Positions 11,401-25,881 of a stretch of 64,000 nt of DNA are shown here, one piece after another; the first letter of the stretch is position 1; each line of letters begins with the position of its first letter. The notes under the pieces are model-generated. The model searched no databases, had not been told where the DNA came from, and worked only from the letters and a program-made list of their open reading frames with translations. The translations under genes and the position numbers were made by a program. Source of the stretch: Marsupella aquatica (lineage: Eukaryota; Plantae; Marchantiophyta); NCBI GenBank assembly GCA_973895155.1, contig OZ316892.1, positions 1,615,223-1,679,222 on the forward strand. Reading direction: 5' to 3'.

Positions 11401-14400
11401 TTGCATGGTCGTTACAACCCCCTGCTGGTAATCACACATCAAAATGTGGCCGCATTCATTGATTGAAAGGAAAAAACTAGTATTATCACTGTATGCAGGG
11501 GTGTCGTACATAGTATATGTCATATTTTGATGTGCAGTTCCGGAGACCCGTTAAAACCAATGCTACATCCACACATCACCTGCAAGGGACCTTCGGACAT
11601 ATTACACATCCACAACAATCCTATACATGTGCCAGGTAGTCCTGTGCTAAAACACCAAAGTTACATGGTAACCCACAAATCTCTACGGTTGGGTTTGCTA
11701 TTTCTGGGCTTGTCAATGAACTGTCAAGGTCATCGGACGAGGTGATCAAAACCATTGATGATAACGCACATTAAAAAAGCATCTAAGCAGAGTCCAAAAC
11801 CGGCAACGACTCGTTATTGAAACGTAATTCCCACATGTCAATTACTACGTCTGGAGGAATGCTGAAAATATTGCCAAGTCAGTCTGAATTACATGTTATA
11901 AAAATTAAATGTTATAAAGTCAAATACATTGATCAACTTCAAAGCTTTCCTAGCACAATCCACTTCACTAGCCCTCAGAAACTAAACTTCTACTGAGAAA
12001 ACACCTGCTGCTAAGTAGAAGATCACTAGTCAAGCACGGAGCTGAACTCCAAGGTCTATAACGAACTACAACTGTAAATTACTAAATTCAAAATCTGAAG
12101 TAATGATTTCTGGCCCTGAAAGTTTGTGTTTCTCAATCAACTCGGAGTTCCGGCCAAATTAGTACAGATTTTATATGAAGTCCCTTCTGTGAAGTTCGGT
12201 AAATGGTTCCTTCTGACCAATTGAGGAAGACGCTTTCCCAGAATGGTGTGCACATGTGACCAAATCTGGCTTATTTACCTGTAGAATACTCGTCCCACGG
12301 TATTGACAAACCCTAAATTGACACAAATCCTAGAATTGTCAGCCCCTTCCCCCAATTAGATCACATATGTTCCTGTTCGCTGTCTCGGATGCTCATGACA
12401 GGGACAAAAGAATAGCTTCTTCGCCAGGTCGCGACATTGTATATTTGGCTCAAATTCTTCAAAGGTGTCACATGCCTCGGCGTTAAAGACCGTTCCACAA
12501 CCATGCCAATGTTATCCAAAAGCTTTCTAGATCGAAAGGGGTGGTAACCTGTATGCAAAAAGGAAGAAGAGGCCCTCGGGATTATCACTCCAAGCAAACG
12601 GACACTCTGTCAGAGATGTTCCAGGCACGACCCGGCTCTATTTCTGCCTACAGGATTCCGAGTCCTCCAAGACCTTGAGCCCCAATCCTTGCTCCTGAAC
12701 GTATGAAACCATTTTTGGAAACGACAGGACGTCTGAAACGCCTTGTCTTCAAAATGAGCAGAAACATGTCATTTGAGCTGACAAATGAGGCTTCCAATAG
12801 TGCAATGGATCACCTTCATTACAACTTATGCGCGATACGTCTAGCGAGGCCACCAGACGATAAAGTTTCCACAATTAGGTGAAACGAATACCTGTACCAA
12901 ACCCAAATCTAATCGTTGAAATATATTGCTCGTTGCCATGAAACGACAGTCCAGGAAGTAAGAATCAGATATGCTGTATTCCTGAGAAATTCGTTCTCTT
13001 GAGGCAGAAGAGACCGACGACTGTAACTCGAGCATTGACAACAAACGCCCACCAACAATCCTAAAGAGGGTGGAGAATAAAATATAACTGCTAACCGCAA
13101 TCGTTCATAAAGCACGTCCACAACGTTGCAGATGACATCTGCAGTTGAGCTTGGATGAAACACGTAGGTGTCTCGGTTCACCAGGACTAGAAGTCTCATC
13201 GAATTGCAAGAGCGCCAAATGATTGCCCCACTGGAGAAGTAGCGTTTCGTGATATAAATCGCCTTCAAAGGGATCTCACGGATAAGCAACGGCATTGAAG
13301 TCTCTACCCAGGACTGCACTGAACTGACTTGCACGAATTCATCGATGTTCGGACCCTCCAAAGTGGTTAAGCAGTGAAGCAGACCTTTGCCAGTCTAAAA
13401 GCTAGGAAGCTAGACTGAAATAAAATTTCAATCATCTAATTTCACCACAGTAAAAAAGGTCCATCGACCTGGGTAACTAACGGAAGATTAAACGTATGCA
13501 AGTTAACACGCGAAAGCTACGAAATGGACAAGCTCTAGACACGGGAAAGCCAGTCTCCTATTCTCTCAGCACAAGAAAACAAGAATATTGACCTGTAAGA
13601 AAGAGCACTTCAAACATCTCTGTCCACCTCAAATTCAGTAAAGTTATAGGGAATAATGTTCAACGAAAGTAAGTCCGGACATAGACCAAATTATAATGAA
13701 AGAAACTTTCCAGAAATTGTGATACTCTTTAAATTACGAAATTGTGTCATGGAGGCCGAATTATTAGAGCATGAAGAACAAATCATTGGAACGGGAGACG
13801 TTAGTTTCGTAACTTTCTTGCAGGTGATTCATAGCGTTTGCACTCCTACTGAGATGAGTTTTACGCACAACTTAGTTCCAAACCCTGCGCAGCTAGCCAC
13901 AACCTAAGCCTAACATCGCTTACACATACCAGAAGGACTTCGAAGGGTATAACAGCTTTTCCGAAGTAGCTCTCTAACTATACTACAGAGCACATTAGCC
14001 TCGAATTTTTGAAGTAAGCTCTCAAGGCAGGGAATCCTACTATCCCCTGCCAGACTGCTTTCAGCGAACTCTACACTTCTTGAATATGAGAACTCACACA
14101 AGGTTGCCCACAATCACGTGAGAGTTGCGTTAATCACCGATTTGGTCGCTACGATACAGCTCTCGTAGGCTGACTTTCGGTCAAAGCCCATAAGCGCAAG
14201 TGCGTAATCAATGGCAATTGTAACACCAAGAACAGCTGCAGAAGACCGACCGATCCACAGAAAAACTTCGTTTGCGGGGTATACTCGATCCACGACATAG
14301 TACCGACGCACAACGTTGCTGCACGTCTCTGTCTGTCTGTCATCCTGACGGAAAAGGCTCGATCGAAAGACGAACTGCACGAAATAGTTCCAACAGTCAC

Positions 14401-15107
14401 GATATATTCCTATTCTATCCATATCGTGCTTTCGCCACGTATGTACATAAGCGACAACACTAAAATGGTCAGCGACAGCGCATGGTTATTAAGCGTGGTA
14501 CTGTATCCTTCAAAGGCGTTAATAGACTTGAAACGAGACTTGAAACGAGGTGGGTGCATGCGCATTCAAACGAGGCTGACCAAGCCAAGACGAATATAAC
14601 GAAAACGCTTCTCGCTGGGTTTGTTTGTAAGCTGATCGAATGAGGAGAGGGGTTGCAAGCACTGCTCGAGGTGATCTAAGCGGAGACTGGCAAACGAGGG
14701 TAGGTGGGTAAAACGAGGGTGAAGGGCAAACGAGGATAAGAGCAGGATAAATTTTGAACGAATTACGTCCACGTTTCTAAAACGGACCGAAATGAGAGAG
14801 GATGCCAATCACCCGCCCGGTTCTGTTCCCGTTTCCTTACGAAGTTGTCTTGAAGGTATTCCCACAGGCCCCCGTGAGAGAGATGAGGCAGAAAAGCAGT
14901 ATCAACCGGCTGTTCAGATCCACAACTCAATGTGGAGACTGAACCGTGGCTGTGCATTCGTGCTCAAATCATACTGTAGAGGGATACACTTCCTGCCCAT
15001 TTGCTTGTGCTACGACCTCAAGTTGCACTTGCTTTTGACAGGGGAGAACAGAAGGCTGACATTCATTGTAAAAACACAAATCTTTGCCTTACCCTGACAG
15101 ACTGATC

Positions 15108-18100
15108 TCAGCGACGAGCAGGCCGACGTCGATCTCCATACTGATCATCCCGACCGCCACGCCCACCACGGTAGCTGTCGTCTCGTGGAGGTGGTCCTCT
15201 AGGTCCAGCATGGCGAGCAAACGACAGGCGCAGTGCATAAGACTCTTGGTCTGTTTCATCAAACTTGTATCCTGGCAGACCATTTGAGAAACGACCAGTC
15301 AGAATACTCAATCAGAAGAGAAGATTGGTTTAAGTCCCTAAAGTTTCAAAACTTGAAAAAGACATTTTGGGAAACTGATGGTTCACAACCCGGCGATGAA
15401 AGGACCACAAATATTTCTGGGTATTACATCCAGTTAATGTCCTATGTAATTATGTGAATATCTGTATATTATAAAAGTGCATATGCCACCTAGGATTTCA
15501 CAATTACAGAAAGGATATTTCAGTGGATAAATCAGACTGATAGGTCACAATCAGTACATTCATGTGCCAGCGACTTAAATATATCCTTACTGCAGTGAGG
15601 AAATGCCAGAGCTCAAATTATCAAAGAATATTCATAATTAAAGAAAAATTAAGACCCTCATAATTAAATTAAATGGAAGAAGTATATGGATATTAAAGAA
15701 AGGACGACATTTCAAGGAAAGAAGGGACGACCTATAAAATACCACCTCGGATTCCACAACTAGCTAAGACTTTGGGTAGGTCAATCAGACTGCTACTCCA
15801 CATCCAGGTCATAGAGGAGACCAACAGTATCATTGCCCTTATTTTCGAGGAGTATTTTCATACTACAGAAGTGACGTCTGCACTTGTATTAGCTGAAATT
15901 ACGACGCCCAGGTCATGTCTATTAATTTCACATAGGGTCTCATTATCTTGTCTGAAGATGTGTGGATGTATGAGATCATCAAAGCAAATCAAACTTACTA
16001 AAGCTCAGCCTCGTTACTCACTCACATGTTGTGATGGCACAGTGATGCAATTGAGAGTGAGGGAAAGATGTCCTTTAGTGCTTTAAATGTTCAACCACAT
16101 TAAACAAATTCTGACAGAGTGGATTGCACTTGTTTTACAAATGTAAGCTTATATAACATTCCCTTGGGTGCCTGATGCTAATAGCCAGGAACCAGAAGCA
16201 GATTCAGCATTAGAGAATGTATGGACTTCCACATTGGCAGCGTCTATACCTTGCAAGGCCTCTAAAGCGGTGGCTGCACATCTAGCATCTGCAAACTCCA
16301 CGAAGCACAGCACCACCTGACCTCGAGAATCACCACACAGAAGTTAGGTCCACCTATCTCTGCACACAGTTTGAAACAAAACGACTGAATTTAAGCAAAA
16401 CCTGTAAACAGAAGGGAACGTATCACTTACTCGCTTAGCATCCTTGTGAACAAGCCGCACTTCTTTGAATCCAATAAATGGGCGAAAGATATCTGAGGTT
16501 CTATGATCAAGGATACCATCAAATAACCTCACTGCACAGCCGTTGCAACTGCCCAACTCGTCTTCAGAAAAAGTATAATAGCAAACACACGTATTAACGA
16601 AAACTCGGTGGCGATATGATAGATACACCAACACTAAGTGGCAAATTGTTTTCTAAAATGTATGGTGAGAGGATACGGGCAGCTTCACGTCTGGAGCAAT
16701 CAAGAGGTAGACCATCCACGAACAGTGTAGACGCAGCGTCCGGGGGCAGATGCATGTCAAGCCCTCCATGCAGGGGATCTGATTCTTGGGCCACACCATT
16801 TAACCCAAGGTTTGATTGTCTGAGGCCACCGTCCAATCCAACCATCCCACGACCTGGTCCCAGAAGATTAGGGTCCTCTCCCATACCCCCCAGGCCGAGG
16901 CTTCCCATGTTCCCAGCACCAGGAATACCAGGAAGCCCAATGCCCGGACCTCCAGTAATTGCCAGATCAGTTCCCAAGACTCCTCCGCCATATCCCAACT
17001 GCAAGCAAAACGGTTAAGAGTTATCAATCCAGCTCAAGGAAACAGTCCCAATTTTGACGGCCGATGCGTAGGGCACAAAAATCTACCGGAACCGCCAGAA
17101 CTATATTTTCGCGCAAACTTCACCGATGTATACTAGACGAATTGTGCTTTCACGATAATTCTACCCGCACGAGAACTCCGAAAAGAAATAGACGTTATGC
17201 AAGCGATTTGCAACTACACGGTGCCAGCCAGATCTTCCAGAGCTGATGACTGAAGTTGATTGACACTGCGCCTTCCCCATCACGAAGTAAGCGGGTCAGT
17301 CAGTCAGCCAATAAAGACTTAACGTCAAAAACCTACCTGGTTCAGATAATCCGGTAACATAGCCGACGAACCGAAGGATAGTTGTCCAACCTGTGGTGTG
17401 ACAACACCTAGCTGCTTCTGATCCAAACGATGTTCACATCAGAGGCACGTAGTAGTAGTGGAAGTAGTGCTAGAAATTCATCGTGTTTGTTGATGCTTCT
17501 TAAGGTCTTCAAAACAAGAGCACAATAGCGTTCGTTTGTTGAGCGACTATGCTGTGCACGGCCCCTATCTATCTATATATCTATCTATCTCCGGCACGAT
17601 GATGCTGTCTAGGGTCCAGCACGGCTTCGTCGCGGAAACGCACTACTACACGAGAAAAAATGGAGTAAAGAGAAAACATGAACCCTGAAGCGATAATAGT
17701 CGAAGACTTAAACAGAAACAGGCGGCATCTGAAGGAAGGACGGCGTGGTGGCTTCTGGTACGTTCACTTAGGCACTCCTTGTAAATGCTCAGCAATGACT
17801 CAATCCATTGCGTGAGACCGGTAGTGGGCCACTGCTGTTACTTAATGTGCATACTCACGAAGAAAATAAGTAAAAAGGAGAGTGCGAACATATGAGTTCC
17901 GGCACTAATTATCATGATGATCATCGTCGTCGACGAAACTTTTGACAACAAGCGAAAGAAAGAAACGATGCCCTAACCTACAGACCGCCCACGTTGTGGG
18001 CTGCCCTTACAAGATCTGTCGTTCCGCCGAGACCGTCCGCCTCACGCCATCCGCCGCGGTTGCCACGGCCATCGTCATAACGTTCGGCCCCTCTTGGAGT

Positions 18101-18788
18101 GTACCCTCCGACTTCGTGCCCTACTGCTGGCACCACCCCAGGACCCCCCCTTGCAGAGCCGTAGGCTCCTCGCGCAGGAGGTACATCATCTACATTCAAC
18201 CACTCCATGCTCTCAGCACAAAAATGACGGTGAAGGAACGGAACTTGCTTTGCTAACACTCCTACGAACAAATATCACAACACCAGATGATGATAATGTT
18301 TTGATTCAGCTCGTTTCTTCAACGCTCATTCAACCGACATTGGTAGCCTTCTTCTTCTTTCAACAACGACGATGATGCAACCTCTAGCTGCCAATGCACG
18401 ATGCCCTCAACCCATTCACCGTGGCCGTCATAACGGTCTCCTGTGATGATGATCTAAATAGGTTATGTAACAGTTAGACGACAGCCTTTCGTTCCTTCCT
18501 TAGAAACACATCATCATCCGAAACAAACGCCTACATACAATCCCCAACCAAACTCCTTTCTAGCAGTCCATTGAGTAGCAGAGCAGCCAAGCAACGCCAA
18601 GCCAGAGACACTGCTGATCACAATCAATAGGAGAATAATGAGAGACCGTAGTCGCCACCAAAATCTCGACGAGGCCTTTTCGCACCCGGCGATGGCACTC
18701 TGTTCCTGGTGTCCGCTCCTGCTTGTCCTGCTTGAGCTCCTCCTCCGCCTCCTCCACCTCCCCTCCAAGCTGCCCCGAAATCCCCCAT
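15108..18788 (-). CDS. NSR: Nuclear speckle RNA-binding protein-like (single RRM), multi-exon
   Basis: Approximate exons 18660-18788 (MGDF...KRPRRDF), 18010-18190, 17337-17417, 16676-16999 (LPPDAASTLFVDGLPLDCSRREAA), 16428-16492 (IFRPFIGFKEVRLVHK), 16250-16317 (VLCFVEF...ALEALQG), 15108-15270 (YKFDETD...LRLSFAR). The 5' junctions are uncertain. Confidence 0.85.
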
Positions 18789-19198
18789 GCCCCAAGCCCC
18801 TTGCGAATCAACCCCTCCTGGCCCTAATAACAACCCCGTCTCCTCTTCTCCGTCCGTCCTTCCTGATGCTTGCACCTCCTCCCTGTTAAATTTTCACCAC
18901 CACCTTTTCCTCCTCTTCCCTACTGAATTTTCAACACCACCTCTTCTTCCTCCTCCCTATTGAGTTTTCACCACCACCTCTTCCTCCTCCTCCCGATCAC
19001 TGCTCTCCACGCCCCGACCAAGTCCGTGCAGACCTCGTCCTCCTCCTTCCGTTTCACAGGCTCTGTTTCTGTTTCCTGCGGCGTGCTCCCTTCCCTTCCC
19101 TTTCCCTTCTGTTCCGTTCCTCCGTTCCGTTCCCTCACCAAGCTTCCTCCTCCTGTCACCAACGCTGTTCTTTTTCGTCTGCAGCACACCACGACGAG

Positions 19199-19600
19199 GA
19201 TGCGTGCGTGCGTGCGTGCGTCCGTGTCTGCGTGGGAGCCCGAGCGAGGGGAGTGGGAAAAAAAAAACCACGGATCGACAGCTACGACGACGACAACGGG
19301 CGGTAATTGTGTCCCGAAGGTCCGAGAGGACGAATGAATAGTAGTGTGTAATAACGTGGATGACGACGAGAAGCAGAGGGAGAGAGCGAGAGAGAGAGAG
19401 CGAGAGAGGGAGGGAGGGAGGAAGGGAGAGAGAGAGAGGGAGGGACGACGGACGAACTGCTGCACCGGACTCGACACACTTGGGTGGCTGCAGCCCAACC
19501 GAAAACTCCAACTGAAAACGCCCCTCAATTGCGCTCCCTGCTGCTTCCAACCAAATCCACCGTTCCCGTCCCGTCCCGTCCCGTCTCGTCTCGTCTCGGT
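19199..19600. repeat. Microsatellite cluster (GCGT, GA, CCCGT) at the 5' end of the NSR-like gene
   Basis: (tgcg)n ~19200, (ga)n ~19375-19445, (cccgt)n ~19564. These explain the overlapping low-complexity ORFs. Confidence 0.8.
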
Positions 19601-20826
19601 CCCAGACTTTTACGGGCTCGTTCTTTGCCCGGTTTCTCTCGCTCGCTACTGTGCGTCACTTTGGAGATTTATTACTCTGCCACTGTTTTGGTCACTTTTT
19701 CTGGGTGTTAAATTATAATCTTGCCATGTTTTTTTAATTAGTTACCATAATCAGCATTTTCTTATGTGGCGTTTTAACAAATAATTCAAAAATCATGACA
19801 AGGTAATAATTTCATACCTAAAAGGTGGCAAAGTAATCAATCTAAGCGCTGCTTGATAAAGTAATGTCATTTTTGAAGCTGCTATATATATATGGTGAAT
19901 GTACATTTCAGATTTTGTCTGACTCATATTTTTGTGTCATATATTTTCATTTCAATCTCCTTTTGTATTCTATACATTTTTAATTAAATTTTAGATCTCT
20001 TTAGTTTTAGGTATTCTAGAGTGTTTTGAACTTATTTTGACAGCCACCAAAGACTCCACCACCACTAGTGAGAGAACCACCACTAGTGAGAGAAATGATG
20101 TTGAAGAACATGAATGCATAGCCTCTTAAGTTCTCCTCATGTTTTTCTTTCCTAGGTTTATGGTTTTTATTGAAAGGAGTGTCATTCATAAGGCACCCTG
20201 AGTTAAGTGCACACATCATAGCATGATTTGACTGTACCTTTTCTTGGTCAGTGTGCTTTTCTTGGCAGACACTTCACTTATATAACAGCACTTCTATGCT
20301 CTCATATTTTATTTACTTTCAGATCACCACAAGACAAAAAACAAAGCATGTTCCAGGATGAGCATGTTATATCACTACATCAATGCCCCATAAAAAGGTG
20401 TACTATTAAGTTCAGGGAACTCTGGATAAACTCACTCTCCATAAACACTTACCCTGGATTATTGCATGCTATCTTGTTCTTCCCTTTTTTTTACACGGGA
20501 TAAGTGGTTTTTAAGTGTTTTTTCTAAGCGCACATAGGGCTAAAATCCTTCCACTAAACGACAACTTTCTAAGTGCTTACCCTGGATAAGTGATTGAATG
20601 TGCTTATATGTAAATGCATAAACTCCAGAAAAGTCATTTATTGATAAAGGCATGCTCATTATTAGTAGAGTACATAATGCACTTAAGGAGTTTGGGCAAA
20701 GAATTAGGGCAGGGATCAAGGTACGAGGCTGACTACGGGGTCCATACTGCCGTCGGTACTAAAGAAGTTGTGTAGGCCCAATGTAGGAACTGTAGTCCAC
20801 TTTTGTTTTTACTACGCATTGGACAC

Positions 20827-21001
20827 GAGAGATATGCTTAGTATACCCCCTTCTGGAAAAAGTTTGCTTAATCAACCCCCTCAATATTTTTCCCCAATCT
20901 GGACCGTTGATGGACTTTCCGATCTCAGATCTTTTCGATAGACTTCAGGGGGTCGATCAAGTAACAATTTTCATTTTGGGGGTCGATCAAGCAAATCTCT
21001 C
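20827..21001. mobile_element. Mutator-like MITE (175 bp)
   Basis: Terminal inverted repeats gagagatatgctt...ccccc and ggggg...aagcaaatctctc, internal subterminal repeats, and a perfect 10-bp direct flank cattggacac at 20817-20826 and 21002-21011. Confidence 0.85.
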
Positions 21002-22989
21002 CATTGGACACATAATGTTGTCATTTTGAAATAAAGTTTGATTTCATGGAATGTTGTTGTGATCTGGGTGTATTGTAATATTTACAATGTGCATGGTGAG
21101 TTTTGGAGTCCATATCATTGTTCATTCACTTGGTAGTGCTCAATCTGCCATCGCCCACACAACTTGGTCTCAAACACCTGGAAACCCGGGATAATTACAC
21201 ATTTAACAAAGGATCCCAAATTAAGCACACTTGTCTATTACAGCACTTTTAGCGGGATGTGCGCTTATCAAGTCACGCAACACCTGGTTTAGTGCACGCT
21301 AGATCTGTCTTCCCGAGAGGGTGTGTTTATCCAGAGTTCACTGTATATTCTAAAGTCCTATTTAGAGGGCGTTCTCCGATATAATGCCCCTCAAAGTGGG
21401 AGTTTCAGCTCCACCCATAATGATCGGGAAACAATACCTTATACACATAAAGGCCTAGGAAAGTTTTATTTTTTTGACCTTTGTCAAAGTAAAGGTGAAT
21501 CTTCCTAAAGATGTGATCTGGATCTCGACCTGGGCATTATGCATTATGCTTTGATAATGCCCTGAAAAATACAAACAGAAATATTGGGAACGGCTTATGT
21601 GTCAGCTTTTCAGTGATCTAAAATGTGGATATAAGCCCAGATGACCTTAACAAGCCCTTCAGCGCAACTTAGGAGGGGCTGGTATCACCCATAGTGCTCT
21701 TGTAATAGGTTCTTGAGTCATTTAAAGTCTAAATAAATAACTTTTGTAATAAGCATGTACAAATCCATCCTATAATGCCCCAACAAAGCCTTAGCTCAAG
21801 TTTTGAGGGGCTAGTATTGATTTGGCAATAATATTTTAATAGATTTGAAGCCTACAAGATGGAGAATATTCATAATGAAGAGATCCAAATCTTGACTTTG
21901 CATCCTTTTCCGTAAATGCCAGAAAATTACATAGAGAAAAATCACAAAGAGCATAACGTCTATGATCACTCATTGGCTAGAGGGGATCATGGGGTGATCC
22001 TTGAGGGCGCAAGCGTAAATCCTCTCTGTGAGTCTTTAAAAATTATTCTCAGGAGGGATTGCACCCTTGACCAGTGTTTGTAACACAAAGATTTAAGTCA
22101 TTGAATCTTGGGGTCAGGCTGGTGAAGGGGTTGTGGTCCATAACCTATCAATCAATGAATGAGCTTGCCACTTACAATAGTCCTTCCTTCCAAATTACAA
22201 CTTGAAAGTGAATGACCAGGCTAGACCCTAGCCTTCATTAATAAAGTTTCATTCAGGGATATGTAAGTTTTAAAGTCATGAAAAGGTTCTTCTTGTGACA
22301 ATAAGATGTTTTCATTCTAAGCCCACTTCATCCTTCAAGTTTAGATATCTACGTACTTATGAAGCCTATAAGGACTAAGATGTTGTCCATGCCCGTCCAG
22401 TGAAGAGAAACTTTGCACTAAAAGAAAAAGGGACCAGCATGTTTTGGATTGCCATCATAATTATAAACTAAGTAGTTCACAACTTTGACAACCCTGCGGA
22501 GTAAGTACTCAAGACATGAAGTCACACTTTTGAAATTGTCCTCTGCTCAGTGTAGTGTGGTCTGAACGGCTGAGCAATGTTGGCTGGAGAAGGATGCAGC
22601 TTCCTTGCCTTGAAGCTATGATGAAAGCAAGCAAATGGATCAATGAGCTGGAATGCGTGGTTGTAAACATTTGTGCCACTCTATTGCTTCCATATCATGG
22701 ATCCGAGCCCTCTGCTTACAATAATTGTCACTTTGTCATGGACACAAGTACATAGTACATTTTCAAATGCAACATGACATCTTGACAACTTATCCTCCAG
22801 GGTCATAACATTTCTCAACTGTTTTGCAACAAAAATGTCAACTTTAAATTTGACACAGTGTCCAATTATTTGGAGAACTCTTGGATAATTTTTAAGCTAA
22901 ATGTTTCTAGCGTGGTCTCTGATGTTTAATATATTGCCTGACAAAGTTTGGGACTTTTATGAGATCACTAGCTCGATGCCTGTGCGTTG

Positions 22990-23432
22990 CACAAAAGATG
23001 TTGAGGCAAGAAAAGATGTCGATGTGAGGAAAAGATATTGAGGTGAAAAAAGCAAGGAAAAAGATGTCAATGAGAAAAAAATATCGAGGTGAGAAAAAGA
23101 AGTCGAGGTGAGAAAAATTGTTGAGGAGAAAAGATGACGAGGTGACAAAGAGATGTAAAGATGAAGGAAAGATCTCAAGGAGAGAAAAAATGTAAAGGGT
23201 GAGGAACAGACCTGAAGGTGAGAAAAAGATGGCAAGATTAGAAAAAAATAAGTGCTGAGGCAAGGAAAAGATGTCAAGCCAGGCGAGAAAAGATCTCAAG
23301 GAAAGAAAAGATGTCAAGAATGAGAAAAAATGTTGTGGTGAGAGAGATGTCAATGTAAGAAAAATATAAAGGCAACATAAAGATGTTGAGAAGAAATGAA
23401 TATGTAAAGACTAGAAAAAATGTCAAGGCAAG
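22990..23432. repeat. Degenerate purine-rich ~20-bp minisatellite
   Basis: Recurrent gaggtgagaaaaagatgtc-like units. Confidence 0.8.
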
Positions 23433-23994
23433 GCAAACAAATATGCTTTGCAATGTAGTGGTGAGAGATGTTATGTGTGATCTTGAATGACTATATACTT
23501 GTTGTGGTCGTGTTCAATAACCCATGCGTTGCACATAAAAATTAGAGACCCGAGATAGTGGCCACCACATCATAAAGTTTAATTATGATTTTATGAAGCA
23601 GTTGTGGGCAGGCTAAAGGGCAAGCATTTATTCTAAATGTGGTTCATGGATAAATCTAATGAAAATCCAAAAAAATTAATTTAGATGAATGATCAAGATT
23701 GGTTCCCACTTTTCCATGAGTTTGTTTTGGCCTCCAATAATTACGTTTTAGCATTTTGAAAAAAAATTACTTAAGTTCACGTCCATTAAAAAATATATTC
23801 TTCACATTTTCATACACCCATTTTTGTTTATTTCATATTCCTAATTTTATATCTATTTCCTTTTAAATACATAGTCTTTTAACATGTAATGATTGAGCAC
23901 CTCTATTATATATAAACATGTGTACCAAAAAGTTTTGGTGTACTTAATTCTAATTAGTCCCCCTTAGGTATCCCTCATAATTATTACCACCTAC

Positions 23995-24214
23995 TACCCT
24001 AAGGTTCTATTTGCTTTGGTGGACACTTAGTTCTAGCTGATCAAAGGCTAGAATTAAACCTAACATAAATGGTCAGGCTGTGTTCCCACCAAATTTGAGT
24101 TTGTACCCTAAGGTCCTATTTGCTTTGGTGGACACTTAGTTCTAGCTGATCAAAGGCTAGAATTAAACCTAACATAAATGGTCAGGCTTTGTTCCCACCA
24201 AATTTGAGTTTGTA
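23995..24214. repeat. ~110-bp near-perfect tandem duplication
   Basis: taccctaagg...tttgctttggtggacacttag...aaatttgagtttg occurs twice in tandem. Confidence 0.92.
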
Positions 24215-24242
24215 AAGGGACTATTGACAACTTTTGGCAAGC

Positions 24243-24313
24243 TTCTTTATTATAGTTGTAGATTAGCTCCATTTGGATTGTTTCTTTATTATAGTTGTAG
24301 ATTAGCTCCATTT
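24243..24313. repeat. ~31-bp direct repeat (2 copies)
   Basis: ttctttattatagttgtagattagctccattt occurs twice. Confidence 0.85.
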
Positions 24314-25881
24314 CCATTGCAGCACAAACATGGTCAAGGACTACAAATCATGATTTCACTTATCAATTCCAAAATTCATGTGGGTCAACTGAAAACCTGT
24401 GCTACCAAGGAATGACATGATGTTATGATAATATTATCAAAGTTTTTCAATATGAGGTTTTCTTATTCAATAAGAGTTCATCCTCATATCAACACACCTG
24501 ACATCAGAATCCAATCTCAGATTGAGACTTTAGACAAATAGACGGAAGCAGTTAGATATGGAATCCAAAAAAGATTTTCTGGGCTCTGGGCCCTGGATAC
24601 TAGAGGGATTTTATTTTTAGGAGGACAAGAAAGACGAGAACCAGTATTTGTTTTTATAAATCTAGGAAGTACAATAGCTGAGGTGGCACTCCCCCTGCCT
24701 CGGGAAATGTTACATTCTCACATGCATAATTATGAGGTGCACGGTCTTCCGTAATCTAAGGAGAACCTTTAGATTTGGCAACAGTAAGTTTATGAAGTTT
24801 AGCAAGGATTTAGGCGAATGAATTTTAAACAATTCAATCATGTTCTTTAATTAAACTTCGTGCTGGAGTAGTGTGAAGGTGAAATGGACTTTTTGCAACC
24901 TGATGTACTGCAGTGAAACCCTCTTTCCTGCTCATATAAGACATTATATCGATGGATAGAAAGTGCAAGAAAGGAGACAACCATCTTTGGATATTGGTAG
25001 GTTTCTTAATCCTCAATGAAATTTGACAATGCTAGGCTAGTTGGAAAGATCTTTCCAAGCTGTTTCTACCAAATCCAAGAAACTCAAAATCCATTGGAAA
25101 GAGAGGGAGATACTAATGTCAAAGTTAGTGTAAATTGTGGACAACAAATGGCTAAAGCGCAAAGAGTGGCACAGAGTGACGGTCTGATCTTTAGAAATCC
25201 ACAACTCTCTCAATTGTTCATGGAAACTAGAGATATTAGACTAGTTTGAAAGATCTCTCCAAGCCATATCTAAGTAGCCAACAAAGAGCCAATTATGCTC
25301 CACATCAAGGGAGACATTGAAGGTCAAATAATTATATTATTATTTTTGGAAGTGAGAAGGGTGTCAATTAGCGAAGGTGTAAATGGTGTAATGGTCCCAT
25401 GAAGGTTGCATGATTGAGGGGCTGGGTCCATGGGAGAATCATTCTCGACGCTCAGATGTAATTTGCCTATTAAAATACAGACTTGATGCTGGAATGGTAA
25501 CATTTTTAAATAGTGGCAAGTTTCGAGACACATGGTCGAACGAAGGGCCATAATTCAAGGGCACGCATCCTTATTTTATCAACGATAAGAACCCAAACTG
25601 GCCATAAGACCATAAACTGCGAATACAGGGACACTGACTACTGACAAGGGTCTCAATCTGCAATCTCTTGTCAGTGTACTGACTACTTCATTTCTGCTGT
25701 GTTTGCCAAAAACCTGTCTACAGATTGATTTTTCTCAAAGGAAGGGTGCTGCAATTCAGAGGAGGTAACTGAAAGTAGACGAGGCTCATCCAGCCTGATT
25801 TGATTGACAGGAACTCAGGATCTGAAACACAACAGATGTTCTTCATGGAAGAAGTTCAGCAGGGCACTTGAAATTATTTCT

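Noticed and set aside
8800-12200. Short ORFs of 60-110 aa
   Set aside because: No recognisable domains or consistent exon chain.
18957-19718. Several 120-200-aa ORFs
   Set aside because: They are products of GA/CT microsatellites and GC-rich UTR sequence, with no domains.
22907-23353. Phe/Leu/Ser-rich membrane-like ORFs
   Set aside because: They are translations of a purine-rich minisatellite.
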